From: Fumia xinanensis
GTDB taxonomy: Bacteria > Bacillota > Clostridia > Oscillospirales > Ruminococcaceae
Assembly: GCF_014384905.1 (NCBI RefSeq)
Contig: NZ_JACRSV010000002.1
Location: 585,882-649,881, forward strand
Direction: 5' to 3'
Length of the DNA stretch: 64,000 nucleotides
In this document: piece after piece, positions 20,338 to 30,404 of the stretch
How positions within the stretch are numbered: the first letter of the stretch is position 1
Layout of the letters: each line of letters opens with the position of its first letter
The notes under the pieces: generated by a model
The model's input: only the letters and a program-made list of their open reading frames with translations
What the model was told of the DNA's origin: nothing
The model's database searches: none
Program-made: the position numbers and the translations under genes

Positions 20338-20580
20338 ATGAAAACTCGTGAGGCGGTTGTTCGCAGGATTGTTCAGTTGTGTAAGGAAAGAATTACAACG
20401 CCCTATGGAATTGCCAATCAATCAGGTGTTTCGCAAGCAACGTTAAAGAGCATTTTAAATGGATCCAGTAAAAATCCTGGAATCGTAACCATTAAAAAGT
20501 TATGCGATGGATTTGAGATAACCCTGGCTGAGTTTTTCAGCACTCCCGAATTTGATGCGTTAGAACAAGAAATTGAATAG
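20338..20580 (+). CDS. Small XRE/Cro-type HTH transcriptional regulator (copy 2 of tandem duplicate)
   Basis: An 80-aa paralog. The ~75 bp upstream, including the RBS, duplicates the sequence at 19861-19937. Confidence 0.6.
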   Translation: MKTREAVVRRIVQLCKERITTPYGIANQSGVSQATLKSILNGSSKNPGIVTIKKLCDGFEITLAEFFSTPEFDALEQEIE

Positions 20581-20677
20581 AGCTATGGAAAGTGAGCCTA
20601 TTTATACACTCCACAAGTAGGGGCGGGGCTTTGCCGCTGCGTTTCGGTGATAGGACGGGAACGAAAAAACCAACCGC

Positions 20678-20718
20678 AAAAAAACAGACGAACCATAACC
20701 GGTTCGTCTGTTTTTCGT
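20678..20718. terminator. Bidirectional rho-independent terminator between the HTH genes and the convergent DUF885 gene
   Basis: Hairpin aacagacgaacc-ataacc-ggttcgtctgtt with an A-run on one side and a T-run on the other. Confidence 0.65.
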
Positions 20719-20727
20719 TCCGTATCT

Positions 20728-22506
20728 TTACGCCGCCTTATTTTGACCCTGCGCTTCGGCGATGTACCGCTGGACCTGCGCTTGATACACGTCAAAGCTC
20801 GTGTTGCCGCATTGGAGCAGCACCCGGTGGAACTCCACGGGGTCGAAGCCGTCTCCAAGGGCCTCCTGGGCTTCGGTTTTCATCTGTTCGAAATAGAGGC
20901 CGCCGGCGTAGTAGCTGAGATAGTTGCCGGGGCTTTCCAGGCAGAGGTCGTACTGGGCGTTGGACGCCTCCAAAGTCATATTTTCGCTGAGGCGCTCCTT
21001 TAGGAACTTAAGGGCTTCCTCCCGGCTCCATCCGTCGTAATGGATGCCGATGTCCAGAAGCCCGATGACACAGCGGGTGTACTGCTCACTGTACCACATG
21101 GCGTCGGTGCCGGCGCGGTATTTTTCCGGTATGTAGCTCATGGCGTAGCCCTCGGCGTAGTTGGCCCAGCCCTCCGCCGAACCGGCGAACTCCGTCAGGG
21201 AGCGGACGGCGGGGAAGTCCATGGTCTGATAGAAGGTGTACTGGTACATGTGGCCGGGGAAGCTCTCATGGGCGACGGTGCGGTAATTGCTTTGGTCAAA
21301 GGCACCGTTTAATTTGATCACTTGGGGGTCAGTGGGGGCGGCGTCCACCTTGGGGGTCCGGTAGGAGGCGGGGCTGTAGTTCTCGCTCATGGAGGCGGGG
21401 ACCTGCTCCACTCTGTAGTTCGGCATGGGAACCTCCGGGAAATCGGCCTTGGAGGCCTCGTAGAGTTCCGCGATCAGCTCTTCGGCAGAAGTGAGCTCAG
21501 TGAAAACGGGGTTTCCGTTTTCGTCAGTAAACCGTTCGGCGTCCTTGTTGTCCCAGATGGAGCGGAACATGCCGATGTAATTTTTCACCATGGCTTCTGT
21601 GAGCATGAGGCGGATGTCCTCGATGCCGTCGGTGGTGCCCACCTTCTGCTGGACCAGCTTTTCGTAGTAGGCCCTGCCGTCGGGCTGTTTCGCCAGGCCG
21701 CCGTCCGGGGTTTTGACCGTGATGGACTCAAGCTCTCGCTGGAGGGTGCGGTAGGCGTTCACCAGGTCGTTTTGGACGAGTTTTTTGTTCTTCTCCTTGG
21801 CGGAAGCCTTTTCCGCACCGGTGAGGAAAGCAACCCGGTCGATTCGCTCGTCAAAGGACTCGAGGAGATAATCGGTGGAGTTGCTCACAAAGTTTTTGCA
21901 CTGCTGGATGGCGGCCTCCATAATGGCAGGGGTGAGGCCCATGCCTTTGTCCTGGCGGAGCTGTTCGTTTTCCGCGTATTTCACAAAGGTCGCCTTGGCG
22001 GTTTGCAGCAGGTTAAAATAGCTGTCCAGGTCCGCTTTGCGGTTGAAGGTAAACTGCATCAGGTACATGGGAAGGTTCGCCTGGGTGCTCAGATAGCCGC
22101 CCAGATAATTGTTGTTCTGGTAGGCGTAGGGGACGAGGGCTTTGTTGAGATTGAGGTAATCCTCCAGGGTGTCGTAGGTAATCTGCTGGCTGCCGGTGAG
22201 CTTGTTGGCATCAAACTCATGAAGGGCCTGCAAAAGGGCGTCGTATTCCTGTGCTCCTTCCCGATAAAGGTCCCGGGATGGCACGTAGGGAAGAGTGAGC
22301 AGGGCGGTTTCGTCGAAGCCGAAGGCCGCCGGATCGTTGAAATTAGAGTTGACGCCCAGGTTTTGGGAGGACATCATCAGGGAGGGAAGGGCGTCCACGA
22401 ATTCGTCGAACCGCTCCGCCTGGGAGGGGGCGGATGTAAAGGACATCATGGACAGGGAAAGGGCGACGGCTGCGGCAGCCGCGGCGAAACGTCTGGTTTT
22501 TGTCAT
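20728..22506 (-). CDS. Secreted DUF885-family protein (putative metallopeptidase-like; HE..PGH motif)
   Basis: Signal peptide MTKTRRFAAAAAAVALSLSMMSFTSAPSQA and the DUF885 hallmark HESFPGHMYQY; it is a paralog of the adjacent gene. Confidence 0.6.
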   Translation of the reverse strand: MTKTRRFAAAAAAVALSLSMMSFTSAPSQAERFDEFVDALPSLMMSSQNLGVNSNFNDPAAFGFDETALLTLPYVPSRDLYREGAQEYDALLQALHEFDANKLTGSQQITYDTLEDYLNLNKALVPYAYQNNNYLGGYLSTQANLPMYLMQFTFNRKADLDSYFNLLQTAKATFVKYAENEQLRQDKGMGLTPAIMEAAIQQCKNFVSNSTDYLLESFDERIDRVAFLTGAEKASAKEKNKKLVQNDLVNAYRTLQRELESITVKTPDGGLAKQPDGRAYYEKLVQQKVGTTDGIEDIRLMLTEAMVKNYIGMFRSIWDNKDAERFTDENGNPVFTELTSAEELIAELYEASKADFPEVPMPNYRVEQVPASMSENYSPASYRTPKVDAAPTDPQVIKLNGAFDQSNYRTVAHESFPGHMYQYTFYQTMDFPAVRSLTEFAGSAEGWANYAEGYAMSYIPEKYRAGTDAMWYSEQYTRCVIGLLDIGIHYDGWSREEALKFLKERLSENMTLEASNAQYDLCLESPGNYLSYYAGGLYFEQMKTEAQEALGDGFDPVEFHRVLLQCGNTSFDVYQAQVQRYIAEAQGQNKAA

Positions 22507-22680
22507 CGGTGAACCTCCTGTATGGCGGCAATTTGGCGGATGATTTGCAGATAATACCAATATAGCAAGATAATGTGACGAAAAAGTGACGGTTTTTTCA
22601 AATTCTCATGGAAATTTCCGGAAAGGGGCGGATTTTGTGCGGGAAAGGCAAAAAACCTCGGCTTTGCCAAAAGAGTTATG

Positions 22681-22720
22681 AAAAAAGACAGCCCCCGGTT
22701 AACGGGAAGCTGTCTTTGCT
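22681..22720 (-). terminator. Rho-independent terminator of the second DUF885 gene
   Basis: The hairpin aagacagc..gctgtctt is followed by a T-run on the minus strand. Confidence 0.55.
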
Positions 22721-22722
22721 GT

Positions 22723-24498
22723 TCAGACGGCTTTGCGGGCCGCCAAAGCGGTGGCGACGTAATTATCCGCCTGTTTTTGATAGATGGGGAAAGTGGTGCT
22801 GCCGGCTTTTAAGAGCTCCTGATGGAACTGCACCGGGTCAAAGTCGCCGCCCAGGATGGTTTGAGCCTCGGCGCGCATCTGCTGGAAATAGAGGCATCCG
22901 ACGGCAAAGGGCAGGTAACTCCCCGGGTTTTGCAGGCAGGTGTTATACCAGATGTTCGAGTAATCGAGGGTGGCCTTTTCGCTGAAATACTCCTGGAAGA
23001 ACTGAAGGGTTCGTTCCCGAGTCCAGCCGTCGTAATGGATGCCGATGTCCATGAGGGCGCTGAAGCAGTAGTTTTTCATGGTTTCGTAATAGGCGTACAG
23101 GGCCGAGGGGCGGTACTGCTCCGGGACGTAGCTTGCGGCGTATTCGGCGGCGTAATTGGCCCAGCCTTCCGCCGCGCCCTGGAATCCGATGAGCTGCCGG
23201 ATGGCGGGCAGGCCCATGATTTCAGTGAAATTGTACTGGTACATGTGGCCGGGGATGGTTTCGTGGGCGATGACGTTCAGTTTGCTCCGGTCGAAAGCGC
23301 CGTTCAATAAAATGAGCTGGGGGTCGGTGGGGAGGGCGTCCACCCTGGGGTTCCGGTAGGCGGCGTCCTCGAAAAAGGCGCTGACCGGGGCGGGCACCTG
23401 CTTTACCGTGTATTTGGGCTTGCCGATGGTGGGAAAATCGGTCTTGGAGGACTCATACAGAGAAGAGATCAGCCCTTCCACCGAGGTTTTGTCGGTGGTG
23501 AGCAAGTTGCTGTTCTGATCGAAGAGGAGCTTCCCGCCCGGGTCGTTTTGAATCTCCTTCATCTTTTGGTCGTACATTTTCATGCCGTCCATGAGGAGCT
23601 GACGGATGGCTTCTATGTTATCGCGGGTGCCCACTTTGGCCTGTATAAGCTTTATGTAATAGGCCCTGCCGTCCGGCCGGGCGGCGAGGCCTCCGTCGGG
23701 GGATTTCACCTTGATTTTCGCAAGCTCTCGCTTGAGGGTCCGATAGGCGTTTACAAGGTCTGTTTTCACCAGCTTTTTATTCTGCTGCTTGGCGTCCGCT
23801 TTCTCGGCGGAGGTGAGATAGGAGGCGGCGTTGATCTGCCCGTCGAAAAACTGAATCAGGTAGTCGGTGGAGCCGCCCGCAAACCGGTCGCACTGCTCCA
23901 TGACGGATTTGAGGCTCACTTCCGACAGGCCCACCCCTTTGTCCTGGCGTTCCTGTTCATTTTGGGCATATTTCACAAAGGTGGCCTTGGCGGTCTGGAG
24001 CAGATGGAAATAGTCGTTGATGTCGTCCTTCGACTGGAAGGTATAGAGGATCAGGGTCGCCGGAAGGCTGCACGCGGCGCCTAGGTAATCGTTGTCCAGA
24101 TAGGCGTAAGGGGTGAGGGCTTTCTGCATTTCCAGGTAGTCCCGGATGGTTTCGTAGCTCACCTGCTGGCTCTGGGTGAGCTTGCTGTAGTCGAAGGAAG
24201 CGAGCGACTTGAGCAAGGCGTCAGTTTCGCCGGACCCCGCTTTGAGCCGATCGCTGATAGAGGTAAAGGGTTGCTCCGGAACGGCGGCCTGAAATCCAAA
24301 GGCCTGGGGGTCGTTGAACTGGAGATGGATGCTCAGATCGTGGCTGGATGTGAGGGCGGCGGGCAGCGAGGCCAAAAACTCATCGAACCGCGCCGGTTCG
24401 TCCGGAGCGGCGCCCACCGGCGCGCCGGCAAACGATATCATGGACAGGGAAAGCATTACTGCCGCGGCGGCCGCGGCCACTCGTTTCAATCGATTCAT
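22723..24498 (-). CDS. Secreted DUF885-family protein (paralog)
   Basis: Signal peptide MNRLKRVAAAAAAVMLSLSMISFAGAPVGA, the HETIPGHMYQY motif, and the same block structure as the upstream paralog. Confidence 0.6.
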   Translation of the reverse strand: MNRLKRVAAAAAAVMLSLSMISFAGAPVGAAPDEPARFDEFLASLPAALTSSHDLSIHLQFNDPQAFGFQAAVPEQPFTSISDRLKAGSGETDALLKSLASFDYSKLTQSQQVSYETIRDYLEMQKALTPYAYLDNDYLGAACSLPATLILYTFQSKDDINDYFHLLQTAKATFVKYAQNEQERQDKGVGLSEVSLKSVMEQCDRFAGGSTDYLIQFFDGQINAASYLTSAEKADAKQQNKKLVKTDLVNAYRTLKRELAKIKVKSPDGGLAARPDGRAYYIKLIQAKVGTRDNIEAIRQLLMDGMKMYDQKMKEIQNDPGGKLLFDQNSNLLTTDKTSVEGLISSLYESSKTDFPTIGKPKYTVKQVPAPVSAFFEDAAYRNPRVDALPTDPQLILLNGAFDRSKLNVIAHETIPGHMYQYNFTEIMGLPAIRQLIGFQGAAEGWANYAAEYAASYVPEQYRPSALYAYYETMKNYCFSALMDIGIHYDGWTRERTLQFFQEYFSEKATLDYSNIWYNTCLQNPGSYLPFAVGCLYFQQMRAEAQTILGGDFDPVQFHQELLKAGSTTFPIYQKQADNYVATALAARKAV

Positions 24499-24735
24499 AC
24501 AGAACCCTCCTATTGGATGAAATTCCTTAAATTATGATCAGTATATCAGGAAATTATGACGAAAATATGACCAAATTTAAATTTTTGGAAGTTTTTTGGC
24601 GAATTTGCCCGGTGGGAAAGTTGCGGTTTTGGGAGAATGGGAGTAAAATAGAAGAAACTTTTCCGCAAAAACGGTTTGCGCCTTTGCCGCAAACAGAACA
24701 GCGGCTCAAACAAACGGAAAGGAACGCGGATTTTC

Positions 24736-26100
24736 ATGGAGCAAAACGACTTTTCCAAGGGCAGCGTCCCCCGCACCATCCTGCGGCTGGCGCTGCCCAT
24801 GACGGTGGCACAGCTCATCAACGTTTTATATAACATCGTCGACCGGATTTACATCGGGCACCTGCCCGAGGCGTCCACCCTGGCGCTGACGGGACTGGGG
24901 CTCACCTTTCCCATCATCACCATCATCTCGGCATTTTCAAACCTCTTTGGCATGGGCGGCGCTCCCCTCTGCTCCATCGCGCGGGGCCAGGGGGACTTAA
25001 AGCGGGCGGAAGAAATTATGGGCAACTCTTTTGCCATGCTTTTGGGTTCAGGGGCGGTACTGACGATATTTTGCCTTCTATTTAAAAAACCAATCCTCTA
25101 TCTGTTTGGGGCCAGCGCCGGCACCTTTCCCTACGCCGACGCCTATGTGACCATCTACGTCTGCGGCAGTGTGTTCGTCATGGTGGGGCTGGGGATGAAC
25201 AGCTTCATCAACGCCCAGGGCTTCGCCAAAATGGGGATGCTCACCATCCTCATTGGGGCGGTGCTGAACATTTTGCTGGACCCGCTTTTTATCTTCGCGT
25301 TCAAGATGGGGGTGCGGGGTGCGGCGCTGGCCACCGTCCTGTCCCAGATGGCCTCCGCCTGCTGGGTGCTGCGGTTTCTCAGGGGAAAACGGGCGATTTT
25401 TAAGCTCCGGCGGGAGGCCATGGGCCTCAAATGGAAAACGGTGAAGGAAATCGTGTCCTTAGGCATGTCCGGATTCATCATGGCGGTGACAAACGGCCTG
25501 GTGCAGATCGTCTGCAACGCCACCTTGCAGCAGTGGGGCGGCGACATCTACGTGGGGGTCATGACGGTTTTGAATTCCGTCCGGGAAGTGCTGACCATGC
25601 CGGTCATGGGGCTGACAAACGGGGCGCAGCCCTTTTTGGGCTTCAACTACGGGGCGGGGGAGTACAAAAGGGTGCGAAAGGGCGTGGGATTCATGTCCGC
25701 CGTCTGCATCGGGTACACCGTTTTGGCCTGGGTGGCGATCATGCTCATCCCGGATGTGTTCATCCACCTCTTTAACAGCGAGCCGGAGCTGATCCAAAAA
25801 GGCGTCCCGGCCTTGAACCTCTATTTCTTCGGGTTCTTCCTCATGAGTTTGCAGTTTTCCGGGCAGTCCACCTTTGTGGCCCTGGGGAAAAGCCGCCAGG
25901 CCATCTTTTTCTCCCTGTTTCGGAAGGCGATCATCGTGGTGCCGCTGACCCTCTGGCTGCCGGGGATGTTCGGCCTGGGGGTCAACGGAGTGTTCCTGGC
26001 GGAGCCCATCTCCAACCTGATCGGCGGGGTGAGCTGTTTTGTGACCATGCTGCTGACGGTGTGGCCGTCCCTACGGGAGAAAAAGGGGGAAAACGGTTGA
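24736..26100 (+). CDS. MATE family multidrug/oligosaccharidyl-lipid/polysaccharide efflux transporter
   Basis: Twelve predicted TM segments; the MATE N-terminal block LRLALPMTVAQLINVLYNIVDRIYIGHL repeats in the second half. Confidence 0.7.
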   Translation: MEQNDFSKGSVPRTILRLALPMTVAQLINVLYNIVDRIYIGHLPEASTLALTGLGLTFPIITIISAFSNLFGMGGAPLCSIARGQGDLKRAEEIMGNSFAMLLGSGAVLTIFCLLFKKPILYLFGASAGTFPYADAYVTIYVCGSVFVMVGLGMNSFINAQGFAKMGMLTILIGAVLNILLDPLFIFAFKMGVRGAALATVLSQMASACWVLRFLRGKRAIFKLRREAMGLKWKTVKEIVSLGMSGFIMAVTNGLVQIVCNATLQQWGGDIYVGVMTVLNSVREVLTMPVMGLTNGAQPFLGFNYGAGEYKRVRKGVGFMSAVCIGYTVLAWVAIMLIPDVFIHLFNSEPELIQKGVPALNLYFFGFFLMSLQFSGQSTFVALGKSRQAIFFSLFRKAIIVVPLTLWLPGMFGLGVNGVFLAEPISNLIGGVSCFVTMLLTVWPSLREKKGENG

Positions 26101-26198
26101 CAAAGGGGCTTTTTTGCGGTAGGCTGAAACTGTAAATGAGGATGTTGGACGGGATTTCCTTTGGGGAAATCCCAACGACCCGAAAGGAGGCCGAACCC

Positions 26199-26501
26199 AT
26201 GGAACGAATTCTCAGTTGCTGCGGCATCGTCTGTTCCGAGTGCCCCAGCTACCCCACCGAATGCGCCGGGTGCCCCGCCCTGAAAGGCCGGGTGTTCTGG
26301 CTCGACTATGTGGACGCGGATATCTGTCCTGTCTACAAGTGCTGCCTCGACAAGGCGGTGGAGCACTGCGGCAAATGCGGGGAGATGCCCTGCGAACGGT
26401 GGACCCGCTACAAAGACCCCAATGTGAGCGAAGAGGAAGGGGCGGCCGAGCGGGAGAAGCGGGCGGCTTTCCTGCGTCAAAGGGAAGAATCGGGCGAGTG
26501 A
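26199..26501 (+). CDS. Cys-rich DUF3795-like small protein
   Basis: MERILSCCGIVCSECPSYPTECAGCP...CGKCGEMPC cysteine pattern; GAAAGGAGG RBS. Confidence 0.45.
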   Translation: MERILSCCGIVCSECPSYPTECAGCPALKGRVFWLDYVDADICPVYKCCLDKAVEHCGKCGEMPCERWTRYKDPNVSEEEGAAEREKRAAFLRQREESGE

Positions 26502-26731
26502 GGAGCCGGTGAAAACGGGCTTCCGGGCTGCTTTTTGTCCGGGATGTGACTCTAACGCGCTGCCCCCCATCGGAGAGCGGCTTTGGGGCAGATGGAGCCG
26601 GCTCCGCTCCCACAGAGGGGCGGAATGGTGAGAAGCGCCGCGAGGTCCGCCTTCAACAGATGTGAACGGCGGGAGTCCTGCTCCGCATCCCATGGGGCTG
26701 GCGCAAATATCAGACAAGTGAGGAAAACGGC

Positions 26732-27298
26732 ATGGAAGAACTTCTAAAGCTCAAACGGGCAAGGGAATATATGCAGGCTCTGTCAGAGGGGGTGGACCCG
26801 CTTTCCGGGCTGGAAATCCCCGAGGACGACGTGGCAAACCAGGTGCGGCTCTGCCGGTGCTTTGCCTATGTGGCGTCGGTGCTCGACAAGGTCATCCAAA
26901 ACGGCGGCGCGGTGGGCGGCGGCCCGAGGATCGTGGCGCGGCTGGGCCTCACCGAAGAGCAGAAGCAGGCGGTGGAACTGAGCGGCCGCCCCATCGGCAT
27001 CACCGAGCTGGCGAAACGGATTTTAGCCGCGGCGGGAGTGGACCGGATGCGGGGGGTGTCGGGCGTCCACATGGCGGCGTGGCTCCTCGAGAAAGGATTC
27101 CTGGAGGAGGAGTTCGACGACGAGGGGGAGCTCCAGCGGGTCCCCAGCGAGACGGGGACCGCTCTGGGTATCACGAAAATCATGCGGGAGACCACCTACG
27201 GGGTGAAGCCCATGAACCTCTACTCCCAGGAAGCCCAGCAGTTTATATTGGACAACCTGGACGAAATACTCTGCTGGAAAAAGTCGGGGAAAAAATAG
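26732..27298 (+). CDS. Hypothetical protein
   Basis: A 188-aa ORF followed by a terminator. Confidence 0.35.
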   Translation: MEELLKLKRAREYMQALSEGVDPLSGLEIPEDDVANQVRLCRCFAYVASVLDKVIQNGGAVGGGPRIVARLGLTEEQKQAVELSGRPIGITELAKRILAAAGVDRMRGVSGVHMAAWLLEKGFLEEEFDDEGELQRVPSETGTALGITKIMRETTYGVKPMNLYSQEAQQFILDNLDEILCWKKSGKK

Positions 27299-27300
27299 GG

Positions 27301-27334
27301 AAAGCCGGGAACCGTAAGGGTTCCCGGCTTTTTT
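27301..27334. terminator. Bidirectional rho-independent terminator
   Basis: aagccgggaacc-gtaa-gggttcccggctt followed by ttttt. Confidence 0.7.
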
Positions 27335-27349
27335 GCCTTGGAGGGGGTG

Positions 27350-28048
27350 CTATTTGAGAGCGGAGAGGATTTCCAGGTGTTTGCCCCGACGATCACAGGC
27401 GTCTCGAAATACCCCAATGACTCTTTCATGGGGGATTTGGGACAGATCGACGGCAAAATCCACGGCGTTATCGCCAAATCCTACGGGAGACACGTCTACC
27501 GGGAAATTTCCATCCCGCAAAATCGCCTTGACGTCTTGATAACCGCCTTCGGGGATGCGGGTACCCTGCGGAAGTGCGCAGCACTGGTACGTCTCCTTCA
27601 AAAGGGCGTTGTCGTTCATGTACACCGCCCGCAGCAAGCCCCTGTCCGCTCCCGTTTTCAGCAAAATCAGCTCCTGATGGGAGGAATAGGGTTCGGAAAG
27701 AACCTTTCGTCCCTCCGACCAGTCGTTGGCGTCTAAAAAGAGGTCATAGAAGCGGGGGAAGCTATGTGGATCGCCGGAGGAGGCTCTTACAATCGTCGCC
27801 GTTGGGTAATTTTCGCAGAGCATGCAGATGGCGTCTACAGCCGTGTCACAAAAAAGCACGGTGAAATCCGCCGTATTTTTATCGGTGTGATAAGACCAAG
27901 TCTGAAAGATGTAGGTTCCCTCAGAAAAGCAGAGATAAAAGGCCCCGTCCGGGGAGGCGGGGTCGGACTCCCGCTGTTTTTCCTCGGGTTTTAGAACACT
28001 GTCCGCCCATTGGCGGGGGGCGTTTTGTTTCCAGAAGCGTTTCATCAT
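27350..28048 (-). CDS. Hypothetical protein
   Basis: ORF trimmed to the MMKRFW start, which is preceded by a GGAGG RBS; it is the last gene of a three-gene minus-strand string. Confidence 0.4.
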   Translation of the reverse strand: MMKRFWKQNAPRQWADSVLKPEEKQRESDPASPDGAFYLCFSEGTYIFQTWSYHTDKNTADFTVLFCDTAVDAICMLCENYPTATIVRASSGDPHSFPRFYDLFLDANDWSEGRKVLSEPYSSHQELILLKTGADRGLLRAVYMNDNALLKETYQCCALPQGTRIPEGGYQDVKAILRDGNFPVDVSPVGFGDNAVDFAVDLSQIPHERVIGVFRDACDRRGKHLEILSALK

Positions 28049-28058
28049 TTTCCTCCTG

Positions 28059-28616
28059 TTAATAGTCCCATCTGGTGGAATAGCGATAGGAATTTTCTCC
28101 CAAACGCTTGAGGCATCCGGCATCCGGCATCCATTGACTGAGACCGGAAATGCCCAGTTCGCCTTCACCGTGGGTCTTATCCTCCGGTTCCCCTTCCTTG
28201 TGATAGCCGCGGCGGATTACCCAGTCGATTCCATCCAGCTCCCCGTTGAGGGCGGGGTCGTTTACAAAAACGACTCCCACGCTGTCGTCCGCGGCCCCTC
28301 CCAGGGCATAAAGCACAACACCTGGGTGTTCCTGGGAGATTCCCCCTTTGACAGGATGCCAAAATCGGAAGGATTCCAGTTTGATCGTCTTGTAGACCTT
28401 CCGGTCGCGGTTCAGGAGCTCAATGGAGTTCCATTTGACTTCGGCAAACAGGAAGCTTTCGTCTTTGATTTGCTCGTTCAGCTCAAAGCAGTACCGGTTG
28501 TACCGCTGGCAGAGCCGGTCTCCTGTGTTCAGATAGAGCCAGCCCGAAAGACAGGCGGTTGCGAGAAGGAGGAGAGGGAGGATCATATGCCATTTTTTGG
28601 AGCGTGTTTGCATCAT
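28059..28616 (-). CDS. Hypothetical membrane-anchored protein
   Basis: N-terminal TM segment (ILPLLLLATACLSGWLYL); otherwise unknown. Confidence 0.4.
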   Translation of the reverse strand: MMQTRSKKWHMILPLLLLATACLSGWLYLNTGDRLCQRYNRYCFELNEQIKDESFLFAEVKWNSIELLNRDRKVYKTIKLESFRFWHPVKGGISQEHPGVVLYALGGAADDSVGVVFVNDPALNGELDGIDWVIRRGYHKEGEPEDKTHGEGELGISGLSQWMPDAGCLKRLGENSYRYSTRWDY

Positions 28617-28629
28617 CTTTACCTGCTTT

Positions 28630-29316
28630 CTAGTTTTGAATCCATGGGTGCCTATATTTCGGCAAATGCTTTCTCATGAATTCTTCGTCCTTGCCCAATA
28701 ATTGATAAAAATATCGAATACCTTCCCATCTCATGAAAGCATCTTCAGCTTCATCCCATCTTTTCTCAAGGACTAAGCTTCCTCCTTCTGCCAACATGTT
28801 TTGCAAATCATTTCCATATCCCTTTGACGCTAAATAGCAAGTCCACATAAAATTACCGGCCTCATTCCGATCACACACAATACCATTTATTAAGTACAGT
28901 TTTTGCTGATCTAAATAGTATTTGAAGTTAAGCTCCCCATGAGCCTTAGCCGATTCTAACAGAACTCTCATAATGTCCGCATCTGTTTCGTCTGCAATCC
29001 AGAATTTTTCCGTCATTGTTGTGTTTAGAAAGTCAGTGTCAATCGTATACCAGTCATATTTGGTAACCGCTTCTCTGCTGTTTGCCGGATAAATCTCGCC
29101 TTCAAATTCGGCATAGTAATGATCAACTTATGTGCCTAAGGTATTCGGCCGTTCATCTTTTATATAGTAGTGTGTTTGATCTGTATAAACATAATCGTAT
29201 GATTTAGATGTCAAGTAGACCATAGAAATATGGGAAAAAATCAGGGGCTTTGCGGATCGCGGGCCTCTGATTTTTTGCTTTACTCCCAAAGTAACACATT
29301 TTGTCCGTTGAGTCAA
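28630..29316 (-). pseudogene. Hypothetical gene interrupted by a single in-frame TAA (low-GC islet)
   Basis: The ORFs 29128..29316 and 28630..29016 lie in one frame, separated only by the TAA at 29128-29130 (...ERPNTLGT*VDHYYAEFEGEIYPANSRE...TMTEKFW...). The segment is visibly AT-richer than its flanks. Confidence 0.4.
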
Positions 29317-29455
29317 TGGAAAAACAAAAGATTTGTAGCATTGTGCGATATTTATTACAAGTATTCAGATATTTTGTATCAAAACGCAACTTTATTTTTG
29401 GTTTAATGGCTCTCACATTTTACCTCAATTTTACAAAAATATTTTCAGAACCCTA

Positions 29456-29484
29456 TTGACAATCATGTGACCTTATGATATATT
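29456..29484 (+). promoter_or_regulatory. Sigma-70-like promoter (TTGACA-17 bp-TATATT) for the DUF1836 gene
   Basis: A consensus -35 with a 17-bp spacer and a near-consensus -10, about 85 bp upstream of the ATG at 29570. Confidence 0.5.
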
Positions 29485-29569
29485 TAAGTAAACCGGAAAA
29501 GGAATTAGAGAAACTCTTTCGAGGGTTCTCGAAATCATTCGTCCATTTCTTTGGAAAGAAGGTGAAAAA

Positions 29570-30139
29570 ATGGCTCATTACCTGCCCGGTTCCACCATCG
29601 AGGCGGAAGAAATCAGTGCGAAAACCGCCAATCGGCTCCTTTCCCCCATGTTTTTGAGCGGGGGGCTCATGCTGTCCCAGGTGGCGGCGCTGACGGGACT
29701 CGAACCCTACACCATCCAGAACTGGGTGAAGCGGGGATTTCTGCCGCCGCCACAGAACAAGCGGTACTCCATCCGGCAGTTTGCCCGGATTCTGCTCATC
29801 AACATGCTCAAAGATTCCTTCCAGTTGGATCGGGTGAGCGTCCTATTGAGTTACATCAACGGACACCTGGACGACGAAAGCGACGACATCATCGACGACA
29901 TGGCTTTGTACCTGTCCGCCGCCGAGGCGGTGGGGAAGATGCTCACCCAGAGCAAGCTGGGGGTTGAAACGCTGGACGAGGCCTGCGCCCGTGCCATCGA
30001 AGGCTACGAAGAGCCGATTCCCGGCGCGAAGGAGCGGGTTTACCGGGTGCTCCAGATCATGGTGACGGCGTACATCGCGTCGATGCTCAAGCAGCAGGCC
30101 CTAAAGATGTACGACGCGCTGCCCCAGCAAAACAGATAA
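29570..30139 (+). CDS. DUF1836-like protein with MerR-like HTH segment
   Basis: LSQVAALTGLEPYTIQNWVKRGFLPPPQNKRY motif. Confidence 0.45.
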   Translation: MAHYLPGSTIEAEEISAKTANRLLSPMFLSGGLMLSQVAALTGLEPYTIQNWVKRGFLPPPQNKRYSIRQFARILLINMLKDSFQLDRVSVLLSYINGHLDDESDDIIDDMALYLSAAEAVGKMLTQSKLGVETLDEACARAIEGYEEPIPGAKERVYRVLQIMVTAYIASMLKQQALKMYDALPQQNR

Positions 30140-30404
30140 CCTCCATCGAAATTTATCCAGCCCAATGGGCCGCCGCCCTTGTTTTCAGCCCCCTGCAATT
30201 TCGGGATCGTCCCGGGGCAGACTGTAAATAAAGGTTTTTACGGGGAATTTGGGTGAACGAGCCCGAAACCCCACACGTTTTTCGGCCCCGGAAACCTGTT
30301 GCCGGGCCATCGAAGGGAGGCGGATTCAAAACAGGGTATCGTCCGGCGTTTGCGCCTTTTCCGCCGGGAAGCTTCAGCGACAAAGGCGAAAACGTCAGAA
30401 AGGA

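Noticed and set aside
21322-24084. Plus-strand ORFs (21322..22512, 22822..23310, 23548..24084) opposite the DUF885 genes
   Set aside because: They are antisense shadows. Both DUF885 sense genes have signal peptides, motifs and terminators.
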